Shown here: one piece after another, positions 35,664 to 47,054 of the stretch
Position numbering within the stretch: position 1 is the first letter of the stretch
Layout: each line of letters opens with the position of its first letter
Assembly (NCBI GenBank): GCA_963847375.1
Contig: CAWJZO010000001.1
Span: forward strand, 1,922,124-1,986,123
Length of the DNA: 64,000 nucleotides
Direction: 5' to 3'
DNA from: an uncultured Chloroflexia bacterium
GTDB taxonomy: Bacteria; Chloroflexota; Limnocylindria; QHBO01
Made by a program: the position numbers and the translations under genes
Notes under the pieces: model-generated
Databases searched by the model: none
The model's input: the letters and a program-made list of their open reading frames with translations, nothing else
Told to the model about the DNA's origin: nothing

Positions 35664-35885
35664 TCAGGCCTGCGGCAGCAGGTTGAGCAGGCTGAAGGCG
35701 ACGAAGAGGACGGCGAGGACGATCGTGAGGCGGAAGAGCGTGCGCTCGATCCCGCGCCGGCTGCGATAGGCGGTCACTTCCCCACCGAACGCGCCACCGA
35801 GGCCTGTGCCGCGCTGCTGGAGGAGGATCGACGCGATCAGCGCGATGGCCAGGATGACCTGGGCGACGAGGATGGCGGTGGTCAT
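35664..35885 (-). CDS. secG: preprotein translocase subunit SecG
   Basis: 73 aa with two TM helices: ILLQQRGTGLGGAFGG...RGIERTLFRLTIVLAVLF. Confidence 0.88.
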   Translation of the reverse strand: MTTAILVAQVILAIALIASILLQQRGTGLGGAFGGEVTAYRSRRGIERTLFRLTIVLAVLFVAFSLLNLLPQA

Positions 35886-35897
35886 GGCCGGCGCAGT

Positions 35898-37408
<1,511 letters not shown>

Positions 37409-37412
<4 letters not shown>

Positions 37413-38170
37413 GGACCCGCGGCGTCCGATGCGGCACGGAGGATGGCGGCGAAGACTTCGGGCTTCAGGGATGCGCCGCCGACCAGCGCCCCGTCGATGT
37501 CGGGCTGGGTGAAGAACTCGGCGGCGTTCACATCGGTCACGCTGCCGCCGTACTGGATCGGGATGGCGTCGGCAGTGGCCGGGTCGAGCTCGCGAAGGAT
37601 GGCCCGGATCAGCGCCGCCACGGCCTGGGCGTCCTCGCCGGTCGCGGCGTCGCCGGTGCCGATCGCCCACACCGGCTCGTAAGCGATGACCAGGCCGGAG
37701 CCTTCCAGCCCGTCCAGCCCGGCCAGCGCGGCGCGCGCCTGGCGCTCGACGACGGCCTCGGTCTGGCCTGCCCGCCGCTCCTCGACCCGCTCCCCCACCG
37801 CGGCGATCGGGCGCAGCCCGTGGGCGACGGCGCTGGCGACCTTTCGGCCGACCGACTCGTCGGTCTCGCCGTCGTACTGGCGCCGCTCGGAGTGGCCGAG
37901 GATGACGAAGGTGGCGATCCCGTCGAGCATGAGCGGGCTGGTCTCGCCGGTGAAGGCGCCACGCTCCTCGAAGTGCATCGTCTGGGCACCGATGTGCAGG
38001 CCCGGGACGGCCCCCGCCACGTCGCGCAGCCAGATCGTCGGCGGGCAGACCACCGTTGTGATCCGGGGATGCTCCGCCGCCACGATCTCGACGACCTCCG
38101 CGAGGGCGATCGCCTCTTCGAGTGACGGGGGGTTCATCTTCCAGTTGCCGGCGACGACCGGACGGCGCAT
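37409..38170 (-). CDS. tpiA: triosephosphate isomerase
   Basis: VAGNWKMN, ILGHSERR, AYEPVWAIGTG and QYGGSV. ATG 38170 is preceded by AAGGAGG and overlaps the whiA stop by 1 nt. Confidence 0.93.
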
Positions 38171-39018
38171 CAATCCTCCTTGGAGCTCGCCAGCTCGACG
38201 AGCCGGCGCAGGCGGTGGTTCACGGCCGATCGACTGACACCCAGCGCGGCGCCGAGCGCGTCGAGATCGGCATCGGGCATCCGACGGCGCATCGCGGCGG
38301 TCTCGCGGAGGGCCGGCGTCAGGGCGGCGAGGCGGCCATCGGCCTCGATCCGGTCGATCGCCGAGAGCTGGCGATCGGCGGCGCGCACCGTGCGCCCGAG
38401 ATTGGCCTCCTCGGCGTTGAGGATGCGGTTCAATCGGGACCGCACGTCGCGCCCGACGCGATGGGTTTCGAGCTCGAGGACGCCGCGGTTCGCGCCGACG
38501 AGCCGGAGCAACGCGACGATCTCCTCCTGGCCCTTCAGGTAGACGACGTGCCGGCCGCGCCGCTCCGAACGCAACGCCCGCACATCGAGCGAGGACATGG
38601 CCGCCTGGAGCTCCTCAGCCGCGGCTCGCTCGACGAGGACGAACTCGACATGCGGCCCGCTCGCGCCCAACGAGATCGAGCCGGACCCGAGGAGCACGCC
38701 ACGCAGAAAGGCGCGACGGTCGCAGGACGGTGCCGCCTCCCACGACCACGAACCCAGCGCGCTCCGGTCGAGCTCGACGACGAGGTGATGGCGGGCCCCG
38801 ACGCGCATCCGATCCGCGACCACCGGACGGGGCGACGCGACCGGCAACCCGAGCGTGCTCGCCAGGTGGACCGCGGTCCGCGCGGTGGCATGGTCCAGGG
38901 TGCGGAGGGCGTCGCCGGACGATCCGTAAACCAGGCCGATGAGCTCCGCGCGACGGTCGCAGGCACGCGCCGGCTGGATGCGCGCCAGCTCGCCCTTGAC
39001 CTCGCCGGCCAGCAGCAC
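38170..39018 (-). CDS. whiA: DNA-binding sporulation/cell-division regulator WhiA
   Basis: EVKGELARI...CDRRAELIGL, a LAGLIDADG-like core (FLRGVLLGSGSI) and a C-terminal HTH (LDALGAALGVSRSAVNHRLRRL). Confidence 0.9.
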   Translation of the reverse strand: MLLAGEVKGELARIQPARACDRRAELIGLVYGSSGDALRTLDHATARTAVHLASTLGLPVASPRPVVADRMRVGARHHLVVELDRSALGSWSWEAAPSCDRRAFLRGVLLGSGSISLGASGPHVEFVLVERAAAEELQAAMSSLDVRALRSERRGRHVVYLKGQEEIVALLRLVGANRGVLELETHRVGRDVRSRLNRILNAEEANLGRTVRAADRQLSAIDRIEADGRLAALTPALRETAAMRRRMPDADLDALGAALGVSRSAVNHRLRRLVELASSKED

Positions 39019-39026
39019 CGCGACGG

Positions 39027-40349
39027 TCAGGAGGCGGTGGCCGCCTGGCGGCCGATGCGCCGCGTCCGCGGCCGCGAGATTCGGTCCTCCTGGAGGAGGC
39101 GCATGAGCGCGGTTGCGAGCTTGGCGGGATCGTGATGATGGGCGTTGGCGGGATCGATGACGTCCTCCTCGATGATGACGACCGGAAGCTCCTCGAGCCG
39201 TCGGACGTCGACCTCCACCGGCTGCGCACGCCAGACTTCCGGAGGACGGGCATTGGTGTTGCGGTTGATGATCACGTAGTCGATGAGGTCCTCGCCAACA
39301 TGGTTGAAGAGGGCTTCGAGGTGATCCGCGGCTGTCATCGACTCGGTCTCGCCGGATTGGGTGGCGACGTTGCAGACGTAGGCCTTGAGCCCGGTGGCGG
39401 CGGCGAGTGCATCGCGGACGTCCGAGATCAGCAGGTTCGGCAGCACGCTGCTGTACAGCGATCCAGGCCCGAGGACGATCATCTCGGCCTCGAGGATTCG
39501 TTCGAGGGCCTCGCCGTTGGCCCGCACGTCGGACGGCTCGATGAAGACCTCCTCGATCGGCTCGTCGGCGGAGGCGATCCCGACCTGCCCGTACAGTGTG
39601 CGTCCCGACACGAGCCGGGCTGAGAGGTTGAGCGGGACGCTCGTGGCCGGCAGCACCTGGCCGCGCACGGCAAGCACCCGGTTCGACTCGCGCACCGCCT
39701 CCTCGAAGTCGCCGGTGACGGCGGTCATCGCGGCGATGAAGAGGTTGCCGAAGGCGTGATGGTCGAGGCCGGAACCCGTGGGGAAGCGGTACTGCATGAG
39801 CTGGGTCATCAGCGGCTCGGCATCGGCGAGCGCGGCGATGCAGTTGCGGATGTCACCGGGCGGGATGATCCCGAGCTGCTGGCGCAGCTGACCGCTGCTG
39901 CCGCCGTCGTCGGCGACCGTCACGACGGCCGTGATGTTCGCGCTGTACCCCTTCAGCCCGCGCAGCAGCGTCGACAGCCCGGTCCCGCCCCCAATGGCCA
40001 CGATCCGCGGCCCGCGGGCGAGGTAGCGCTTCGTGTACAGCACCTCGAGGACGCTGTCGTTGCGCCCGACGAACGGCGACACGACCGAGCGCATGAGGCC
40101 CCACATGCCGACGACCGTGAGGGCGAGGCCAAGGGCGGCCACCAGCCCGGCGCGGATGCGCGGATCCAGCCAGGCGCCGGTCAGGAAGTGGACGATCGGG
40201 ATCTGGGCGACGGCGTTGTCGCGATACAGGTCGCGGATGAAGATCGCCGCCCCGAGACCCAGGATCGCGACCCCCACCAGCAGCAGGAACAGCCAGCGCT
40301 TGATGTGCATCCCCGGATACATCCAGCGCGGCAGCTTGGGACCCTTCAT
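39027..40349 (-). CDS. YvcK/CofD-family (UPF0052) protein with an N-terminal two-TM extension
   Basis: The core reads IVAIGGGTGLSTLLRGLK...VTVADDGGSSG...PGDIRNC...GPGSLYSSVLPNLL. It is preceded by about 100 aa containing two hydrophobic helices. Confidence 0.88.
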   Translation of the reverse strand: MKGPKLPRWMYPGMHIKRWLFLLLVGVAILGLGAAIFIRDLYRDNAVAQIPIVHFLTGAWLDPRIRAGLVAALGLALTVVGMWGLMRSVVSPFVGRNDSVLEVLYTKRYLARGPRIVAIGGGTGLSTLLRGLKGYSANITAVVTVADDGGSSGQLRQQLGIIPPGDIRNCIAALADAEPLMTQLMQYRFPTGSGLDHHAFGNLFIAAMTAVTGDFEEAVRESNRVLAVRGQVLPATSVPLNLSARLVSGRTLYGQVGIASADEPIEEVFIEPSDVRANGEALERILEAEMIVLGPGSLYSSVLPNLLISDVRDALAAATGLKAYVCNVATQSGETESMTAADHLEALFNHVGEDLIDYVIINRNTNARPPEVWRAQPVEVDVRRLEELPVVIIEEDVIDPANAHHHDPAKLATALMRLLQEDRISRPRTRRIGRQAATAS

Positions 40350-41293
40350 CGCTCCAGCTCCCGGTGGAACACGCTGACCGAGACATCCGGCAGCTGCCCG
40401 ATGCGCCGGGCGAGCTCCTCGGCCAGCGCGATCGAGCGGTGGTAGCCGCCAGTGCAGCCGAGCGCGATCCGCAGCTGCTCCTTGCCCTCGGCACGGTAAG
40501 CCGGCGCGGTCAGCTCCAGGAGCTCGGTGACTAGCTCGAGGAATCGATTGGCCGTCGGCTGCTGGAGGACGAATTCACGCACCTTCGACTCGAGCCCGGA
40601 GAGCGGCTTCAGCTCGGGATCCCAGTACGGGTTCGTGAGGAATCGCACGTCGAAGACGAGGTCGGCCTCGAGCGGGATCCCGTACTTGAAGCCGAAGGTG
40701 ATGATGTCGACGCGCAGCTCGTTCGTCGTCGCGACGTGCGGGACGAGCGACCAGAGCCGGTCCTTCAGCTGACCGATCGAGAGGCCCGAGGTGTCGACGA
40801 CGTGATCGGCCAGCTCGCGGGTCCGCGCGAGGCGGCGGCGCTCCTCGGCGATCGACGCCTGCACCCCGGTCCGGGCCTCCAGCGGATGCCGGTGCCGAGT
40901 CTCGCTGAACCGATTGACCAGGTCGGCGTCGCTCGCCTCGAGGAAGATCACCTCGAAGCCCGGTCCGTCGCCGTCGAGCACGGCCGCGGCCCGTTCGATG
41001 GCCGGCGCCGGGTCGCCGGCGCGGATGTCGAGGACGAGCGTCGACTTCCGGTACCGATCGCGGTCCTGGCGTCGGAGCTCCAGGAAGTTCTCGAGCAACG
41101 CCGCGGGCAGGTTGTCGACGACCGTGTAGCCGAGGTCCTCGAACACCTTGCCGGCCTGGCTCTTGCCGGCGCCGGAGAGGCCGCTGATCACGAGCAGGTG
41201 CTCGAGCTCGCCGTCGGAGGGCAGCGCGACCGATCCTCCCTCGCTGCTCGCCCGCCGATCGGGCGCGGTCTCGGTGGGCGTAGTGCCGGCCAC
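40346..41293 (-). CDS. rapZ: RNase adapter protein RapZ (YvcJ)
   Basis: Walker A GLSGAGKSQAGK, VLDIR, FLTNPYW and CTGGYHRS. Its 3' end overlaps the yvcK start by 4 nt. Confidence 0.92.
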   Translation of the reverse strand: MAGTTPTETAPDRRASSEGGSVALPSDGELEHLLVISGLSGAGKSQAGKVFEDLGYTVVDNLPAALLENFLELRRQDRDRYRKSTLVLDIRAGDPAPAIERAAAVLDGDGPGFEVIFLEASDADLVNRFSETRHRHPLEARTGVQASIAEERRRLARTRELADHVVDTSGLSIGQLKDRLWSLVPHVATTNELRVDIITFGFKYGIPLEADLVFDVRFLTNPYWDPELKPLSGLESKVREFVLQQPTANRFLELVTELLELTAPAYRAEGKEQLRIALGCTGGYHRSIALAEELARRIGQLPDVSVSVFHRELER

Positions 41294-41335
41294 GGTCCCC
41301 TCACATGCTCGAACGCGGTCCGAGTATAGCCGCGC

Positions 41336-42274
41336 TCACGCCCCTTCCCGACCCTCGAGAAGGCCGCGGACCGTCGCCGCCGAGGACGATCGCAGCGCGT
41401 CGAGGTCGTATCCGCCCTCGAGCGTCAGGGCCACGCCCGCGATTCCCAGCCTTGCAGCCGTTTCGCCGAGCGCGCGCGCCACCGCGTCGTATCCCGCCTC
41501 GGTGACCTCGAGCTCGGCCAGCGGATCGGCGGCGTGGGCGTCGTAGCCCGCGGAGACGACGATGGCCTCTGGGGCGAAGGCTTCGATCGCGGGCAGCAGC
41601 TGCTCCCGCCAGGCGGCCACGAATGCCTCGTCCCCCTCGCCGGCCCGCAGCTCGACGTTGTGAGCGAAACCGCCGCCGTCGTCGGTCACGGCACCGGTGC
41701 CTGGGTAGAACGGGTACTGGTGCGTCGACGTGTAGATGAGGTCGGCGTCGCCCTCGAAGATCGTCTGCGTCCCGTCGCCGTGATGGACGTCCCAATCGAC
41801 GATTGCCACGCGCCTCATCCGGCTTTCCGCTCGCAGCCCCGCCACCGCGACCGCTACGTTGTTGAGCAGGCAGAAGCCGCTGCCCCGCATCCGGCGCGCG
41901 TGATGACCGGGCGGCCGCACGACCGCGAACGCGATCTCCGCGTGGCCGCTCGCCGCGGCTCGCGCCGCCTGCAGGCTGGCCCCCGCGGCCACCCGCGCCG
42001 CGGCCACGGAACCCGGCACGACGTAGGTATCCGGGTCGAGCCATCCTCCCCCGTGCGCCTCGGCCTCGATCAGCAGCGCCACGTATCCGGGGTCGTGGAT
42101 GCGCGCGATGTCATCGTCGCTCGCTGCCTCCGGCGCGTCCTCGACGAGAAGCGCGCCCGCGGCGTCGCGCACGCCGGCCGCGACCGGCTCGCGGCGGTCG
42201 GGTCGCTCCGGGTGCCCAGGCGAGGCGTGGATGTCGGAGCGCGCATCGGTCAGGAGCAGGACCCGGCCGGACAC
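41336..42274 (-). CDS. histone deacetylase-family (AcuC/acetylpolyamine amidohydrolase-like) protein
   Basis: RPPGHHA, GFCLLNNVAVA, DWDVHHGDGTQ and GYD...LTLEGGY. Confidence 0.88.
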   Translation of the reverse strand: MSGRVLLLTDARSDIHASPGHPERPDRREPVAAGVRDAAGALLVEDAPEAASDDDIARIHDPGYVALLIEAEAHGGGWLDPDTYVVPGSVAAARVAAGASLQAARAAASGHAEIAFAVVRPPGHHARRMRGSGFCLLNNVAVAVAGLRAESRMRRVAIVDWDVHHGDGTQTIFEGDADLIYTSTHQYPFYPGTGAVTDDGGGFAHNVELRAGEGDEAFVAAWREQLLPAIEAFAPEAIVVSAGYDAHAADPLAELEVTEAGYDAVARALGETAARLGIAGVALTLEGGYDLDALRSSSAATVRGLLEGREGA

Positions 42275-42281
42275 GGCGGCG

Positions 42282-42992
42282 CTATCGGCCCATGAGCCGG
42301 ATGAGCTGGAGCGTCACCTCGAAGAGCCCGTACATCACCAACGCGAGGGTGAACGAGCCGATGACGATGTCCCCGGGCGTGATGAGGATCGCGAAGAGCC
42401 CGATCAGCAGGATCACCCAGCGGCGGCGGCTCGACAGGAACGCGTAGCTGAGGATTCCGACCCGTGCCAGTACGAAGAGGATGACTGGAAACTGGAGCGC
42501 CAGGCCGAAGGCGAGGAGGAACATCGTCACAAAGCCGATGTAGTCGCCCAGACCGATGAGTGGCGGCACGCCCTCGATTGCGAAGTCCAGCAGGAACCCG
42601 ACGGCCAGCGGGATGAGGAGATAGCCGAGCGCGACACCGGCCGCGAAGAGAAGGACGGCCACACCGAGCAACGGCCAGACGAGGCGGCGCTCGGGCCGGG
42701 TCAGCCCCGGCGTCACGAAGGCCCAGATCTCGTACAGGATCACCGGCATCGCAAACGCGATCCCGGTCATGAGCGCCAGCTGCATCGTGACTCCGAAGGC
42801 CTCCCCGACCCCGGTCTGGATGAGGTTCGCGTCGCTCGCGTCGAGCGGGGCCCGCAGCAGCGTGATGATCGGATCGGCCAGGAAGAAGCCGGCCACGGCC
42901 GCGAGCGCCACCGCGATGGCGATGACGATGATCCGGCTGCGGAGCTCCTCGAGGTGCTCGAGGAGGCTCATCGTGACCTCGTCGCCCGTCAT
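42282..42992 (-). CDS. tatC: twin-arginine translocase subunit TatC
   Basis: LLEHLEELRSRII followed by six TM segments. The alternative ATG 42971 has the better Shine-Dalgarno (GACGAGG). Confidence 0.9.
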   Translation of the reverse strand: MTGDEVTMSLLEHLEELRSRIIVIAIAVALAAVAGFFLADPIITLLRAPLDASDANLIQTGVGEAFGVTMQLALMTGIAFAMPVILYEIWAFVTPGLTRPERRLVWPLLGVAVLLFAAGVALGYLLIPLAVGFLLDFAIEGVPPLIGLGDYIGFVTMFLLAFGLALQFPVILFVLARVGILSYAFLSSRRRWVILLIGLFAILITPGDIVIGSFTLALVMYGLFEVTLQLIRLMGR

Positions 42993-43044
42993 CGCGACCG
43001 ACGGGTCAGGTCACGCGGGCGCCGAGGCGCGACCGCACCCTCAG

Positions 43045-43269
43045 TCAGTGTGTGCGGTCCGAACCGTCGCCCGCAGGCGGATCCTCGGCCGGCCCGCTCC
43101 GGGGCCGCGACTCGCCGCGCACCGACTCCTCCAGGTCGCTGGAGGCCTTGCGGAACTCGCGGATCCCCTTCCCGACGGCATTGCCGATGTCTGGCAGCTT
43201 GCCGGGGCCGAAGATGATCAGCACGATCACCAACAGCAGGATGAGCTCCCAAGGTCCGGGAATCGGCAT
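43045..43269 (-). CDS. tatA: twin-arginine translocase subunit TatA/E
   Basis: 74 aa: [42 protein letters not shown]. This is the C-terminal part of track ORF 43045..43728. Confidence 0.9.
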   Translation of the reverse strand: MPIPGPWELILLLVIVLIIFGPGKLPDIGNAVGKGIREFRKASSDLEESVRGESRPRSGPAEDPPAGDGSDRTH

Positions 43270-43273
43270 CTGA

Positions 43274-44131
43274 TCAAGAACCTCCGATCTCTCCCGCACG
43301 AACGGGGCTGGCCTTCGAGTGTAGCACCGCGTCAGAAAGTCGAACGGAGTGGACCGATGCGGCCGCCGCCGCGGCCGCCTGCCAATCCCGTCCAGACGAC
43401 GCGAGCGCGATGCCGCGCGACACGTTGACGAGGCCCGGAGCCCATGCCCCGTCGGCGGCGCGGGCCGCCGCCTCGCCGTCCCCGCCCTGCGCCCCGACGC
43501 CTGGAACGAGGAATGCCGGACCGGGGACCGCCTCGCGGAGCATCGCCAGCTCCTGCGGGGCGGTGGCGCCGACGACGAGGCCGACGCGGCCGTCGGTCCA
43601 GCGTTCGGCGGCCCAGCGCGCGACGCGCAGATGGATCGGCCGGCCGTCGGCGACGAGCGACTGGAAGCGCCCAGCCGACGGGTTGCTCGTGCGCGCCAGC
43701 ACGTAGACGAGCCGGTCGCCCGCGGCAAGAAACGGCTCGATCGCGTCCTCTCCGAGGTACGGCGAGAGGGTGACGCCGTCGGCGTCGAGATGGCCGAAGA
43801 GCGCGGCCGCGTAGCGCTCGGCGGTCGTCTCGATGTCGCCGCGTTTCGCGTCGAGGATGCAAGGCAGCTCCCTTTCCACGGCGGCGCGCGTGCGCTCGAG
43901 CGCCGCCCAGCCGGCGGAGCCGAACGCCTCGAAGAATGCGACGTTGATCTTCACGGCGCACGCATGCGGCGAGGCCGCCTCGATCAGGCCGCGCGCGAAC
44001 GTCTCGATCCCGTCGACGGTTGGCGGCAGCCCTTCGGGCAGCCGGTCCGGATGCGGGTCGATGCCCAGGCACAGCGGCGAGCCGACCGCGGCGCGGCGGG
44101 AGCGGAGGCGCTCGAGCGCCGAGGCGCTCAT
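43274..44131 (-). CDS. pyrF: orotidine 5'-phosphate decarboxylase (type 2)
   Basis: [28 protein letters not shown] and [14 protein letters not shown] 44131 overlaps the recJ stop (ATGA). Only the last 285 codons of track ORF 43274..45901 belong to it. Confidence 0.9.
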   Translation of the reverse strand: MSASALERLRSRRAAVGSPLCLGIDPHPDRLPEGLPPTVDGIETFARGLIEAASPHACAVKINVAFFEAFGSAGWAALERTRAAVERELPCILDAKRGDIETTAERYAAALFGHLDADGVTLSPYLGEDAIEPFLAAGDRLVYVLARTSNPSAGRFQSLVADGRPIHLRVARWAAERWTDGRVGLVVGATAPQELAMLREAVPGPAFLVPGVGAQGGDGEAAARAADGAWAPGLVNVSRGIALASSGRDWQAAAAAAASVHSVRLSDAVLHSKASPVRAGEIGGS

Positions 44132-45873
44132 CCGGCGCGGGCCAGCACGGGCGGGAGCCGTCGCTCCATCAACGGGCTCGCCGATCGATGAGCGAAGTCG
44201 ACAACGCGCAGCCGCAGGCGCGGTATCCCGCCGAAGTCGTCTCGCTCGAGCGTGCCGACGAGGTCGACCTCGTCGCCAGGCTCCGGCAGTGGCCGCTCCG
44301 CCTCGAGCCCGAAGACGATCGCGTCGAATGTCTCCAGCCCTCTGCGCATGCGCAGCACGACGTGCTGCTCTCGGTCGCCGACGCGCCGCGCCTCGGTGAG
44401 GATCATCCCGGTGACTGCCAGGACCGGCTCGACGTGCCCCGGCCCGTACGGCGCGAGGCGCGCGAGCTGCTCGGCGAGCGTCCAGTCCAGCAGCCGCGCC
44501 GGCAGCACGAGGTCGACGACCAGGCGACCCGGCCGCTCCGCCTCGGCGGCCGCATTCGCCGGAAACGGGCGGGATAGCGCCCCGAACGCAGCCGAGAAAT
44601 CCGCCCATGATCCGGGCAAGAGGCTGAAGCCGCCGGCGGCCGCATGCCCGCCTCGCTTGGTGAGGAGCGCGGCGCACGCCTCGAGCGCGGCGGCGACGTG
44701 GAAGTCCGCGGGGGCACGGACGGAACCGCGCACCTCGTCCCCGACGAGCGTCGCGGCGGCCACCGGACGGGCGAGACTGTCGGCCAGGCGGCCGGCCACC
44801 AGTCCCACGAGGCCCGGTGCCCACGCGTCGTCGCGGACGAGCAGCGGACCCGTTCCCGCGTCGACCTCGGCGAGCGAGCGGGCCGCTTCCACCGCGATCT
44901 TCGTCAGGTCGCGCCGCCGCTCGTGAACGACCTCGAGCTCGCCGGCCATGGTCTCGGCGCGCGCTGGGTCCTCCTCGAGCATGAGCGCGATCGCCAGCTC
45001 GGCGTCGGCGATCCGGCCGGCGGCGTTGATGCGCGGCACGACCCCGTAGGCGAGGTCGCGGGCGGTTGGCTGAGTCGGCGCGTCGCAGCCACGCGCTAGG
45101 AGCGCGCGGAGTCCCGGATGCGCGGTGTGCGCCAGCTCGTCGAGCCCGAGTCGGACGATCGCCCGGCTCTCGCCCGTCATCGGCGCGAGATCGGCGACGG
45201 TGCCAATGGCGGCAACGGCGGCGAGCCCGTCGGCGGCCACGCCGTGCCGGTCGAGCAGGGCGGCGGCGAGCTTGTAGGACAGCCCGGCTCCGGTGAGGTC
45301 GGGATCGGGGTAGGCGCAATCGGGGCGGTGCGGGTCGACGACCGCGGCGGCCGGCGGCAGGACGGCCGGCGGAAGGTGATGGTCGGTGATGACGACGTCG
45401 ATGCCCATCCCCTGTGCCGCCACGACTTCGGCCCCGTTCGAGACGCCGCAGTCGCAGGTGACGACCAGAGTCACGCCGCGGCCGGCCAAGTCGCGCAGGC
45501 CCGACTCCGACAGGCCATAGCCCTCTGCAAGGCGAGACGGGACGTAGCGGATCGGATCCGCGCCGAGCCGGCGCAGCGCGGTGACCCACACGACGATCGC
45601 GGTCATGCCGTCGGCGTCGTAGTCGCCCCAGATCGCGATCCGCTCCCCTGCCCGAATCGCCGCGTCGACGCGGTCGAGCGCGCGGTCCGCATCGGCCATG
45701 CGGGTGAGGTCGTGGAGGGCGCCGGCGCCCGCCTGTAGGAAGAGCTGGAGCTGGGCGTCGGTGCGGAAGCCGCGTCGTGCCAGGAGCGTGGCGACCGGGG
45801 CCCCGAAACCGCTGAAGGCCGGCGGGTCCGGCACCGGCTCCGGCAGCAGCCACTCGAGGCTCGGGACGATCAC
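44128..45873 (-). CDS. recJ: single-stranded-DNA-specific exonuclease RecJ
   Basis: DHH motifs IAIWGDYDADGMT, VTCDCG and ITDHH, plus a DHHA1 region GGHAAAGG. GTG start at 45873. Confidence 0.9.
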   Translation of the reverse strand: MIVPSLEWLLPEPVPDPPAFSGFGAPVATLLARRGFRTDAQLQLFLQAGAGALHDLTRMADADRALDRVDAAIRAGERIAIWGDYDADGMTAIVVWVTALRRLGADPIRYVPSRLAEGYGLSESGLRDLAGRGVTLVVTCDCGVSNGAEVVAAQGMGIDVVITDHHLPPAVLPPAAAVVDPHRPDCAYPDPDLTGAGLSYKLAAALLDRHGVAADGLAAVAAIGTVADLAPMTGESRAIVRLGLDELAHTAHPGLRALLARGCDAPTQPTARDLAYGVVPRINAAGRIADAELAIALMLEEDPARAETMAGELEVVHERRRDLTKIAVEAARSLAEVDAGTGPLLVRDDAWAPGLVGLVAGRLADSLARPVAAATLVGDEVRGSVRAPADFHVAAALEACAALLTKRGGHAAAGGFSLLPGSWADFSAAFGALSRPFPANAAAEAERPGRLVVDLVLPARLLDWTLAEQLARLAPYGPGHVEPVLAVTGMILTEARRVGDREQHVVLRMRRGLETFDAIVFGLEAERPLPEPGDEVDLVGTLERDDFGGIPRLRLRVVDFAHRSASPLMERRLPPVLARAG

Positions 45874-45908
45874 CCGTCAATCGTAGCCCGCGGCGGCTCA
45901 CCCGCGGC

Positions 45909-47054
45909 TTACTGTTCCGTTATCGGTCGCGTGAACTCGATCGATTCGACGATCTCGGTGGCTTCGTCGAGCAGCGCCGCGTACGAGTCCTCGTCTTGGG
46001 CCTCGACGTCGATGATCAGAGCGGTGCCGTCACCGCGGTCGAGCAGATAGATGCGCATGTGCGCATCCTGCGCGATGACCCAGTGGATGCCAGCGTCCGG
46101 CGCCGGGCTCACGAACAGAGGACGCGCGGGCGTCCCGCCGCTGAACGGGCACGTTTCCGTCCACGCCGGATCTAACGCCAGGTCGACCATCGCGCCTTCA
46201 AGACCACCGATCGAAACGGCGACCGGATCGGACGCGACGACGCCCTCGGCCGTGGTGAGCCACGATATCATCTCGGCGACGCTACGCCCGATGAGCGGAT
46301 CGGGTTCCTCTGGGCAAGCGTCTCCCTGGGAAGCGATGGCGATCTCGTTCGCCATGAAGATCCCCGCGAAGTCATTCACGGCCGGCGGCTGGACGACGTA
46401 CTCGATCGGCCAGTCCGCGGAGTTCGTCCAGCCCGGGGGCACTGTGTATGACATCGCGCCACGCTCATACTCCCAGTCACCGTCGGCCGGCAGGAAGGGC
46501 GCGAAGTAGGTGGACAGGTGCGTCCCCGCCTCGAGCTCACCGAGGCACCCAGCGTCCGGGTTCTCGTTCTCGCAGGCTGACCGAGCCCAGGTACCGGGGA
46601 GTGAGGCCAAGCGGGAGCCGCAGGCATCCTCGACGGCCGCGATGGTCAGCGTGCCGCCACCGGCGGACAGCGACCAATCGTAGGTTCCGACGTCACCCTC
46701 CTCGCACCCTGCCCCACCCTCCGTGGAGGTGAGGCTGAGCCGGTCGTCGCCGACCGCGGACCCGCGGGACGCCAGCACATCGTCGCTGCCGGTATAGAAG
46801 ATGAAGGTCGTGCCATCGGCGCCGAACTCGAAGTTGGACCGATCCTGGTCTGGTCCGAACTCCGGGACGAGTCGGGTCTCGCCGATCCACGGGTAGCGGA
46901 GCTCGTCGGGGAGCTCGACGGCCGTCGCCGGGGGCGATGCATCGACCGAGGGCGTCGCAGCCGAGGGCGCGTTGCCACACCCTGAGGCGAAGGCCACCAT
47001 GAGCACCGCCACGGCCTGGTGGCGGTGTCCGATCAGGATCGACCGGGCCGTCAT
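45909..47054 (-). CDS. Cys-rich lipoprotein of unknown function
   Basis: ATG 47054 overlaps the upstream stop (ATGA). Signal peptide and lipobox AVAVLMVAFASGC, with seven further Cys residues in the mature part. No domain recognised. Confidence 0.6.
   Translation of the reverse strand: MTARSILIGHRHQAVAVLMVAFASGCGNAPSAATPSVDASPPATAVELPDELRYPWIGETRLVPEFGPDQDRSNFEFGADGTTFIFYTGSDDVLASRGSAVGDDRLSLTSTEGGAGCEEGDVGTYDWSLSAGGGTLTIAAVEDACGSRLASLPGTWARSACENENPDAGCLGELEAGTHLSTYFAPFLPADGDWEYERGAMSYTVPPGWTNSADWPIEYVVQPPAVNDFAGIFMANEIAIASQGDACPEEPDPLIGRSVAEMISWLTTAEGVVASDPVAVSIGGLEGAMVDLALDPAWTETCPFSGGTPARPLFVSPAPDAGIHWVIAQDAHMRIYLLDRGDGTALIIDVEAQDEDSYAALLDEATEIVESIEFTRPITEQ

Noticed and set aside
43274-45901. 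875-aa minus-strand ORF as one large gene
   Set aside because: Only its last 285 codons (from ATG 44131) are PyrF. The upstream 590 codons are Arg/Pro/Gly nonsense lying out of frame over recJ (44128..45873), which has clear DHH/DHHA1 motifs.
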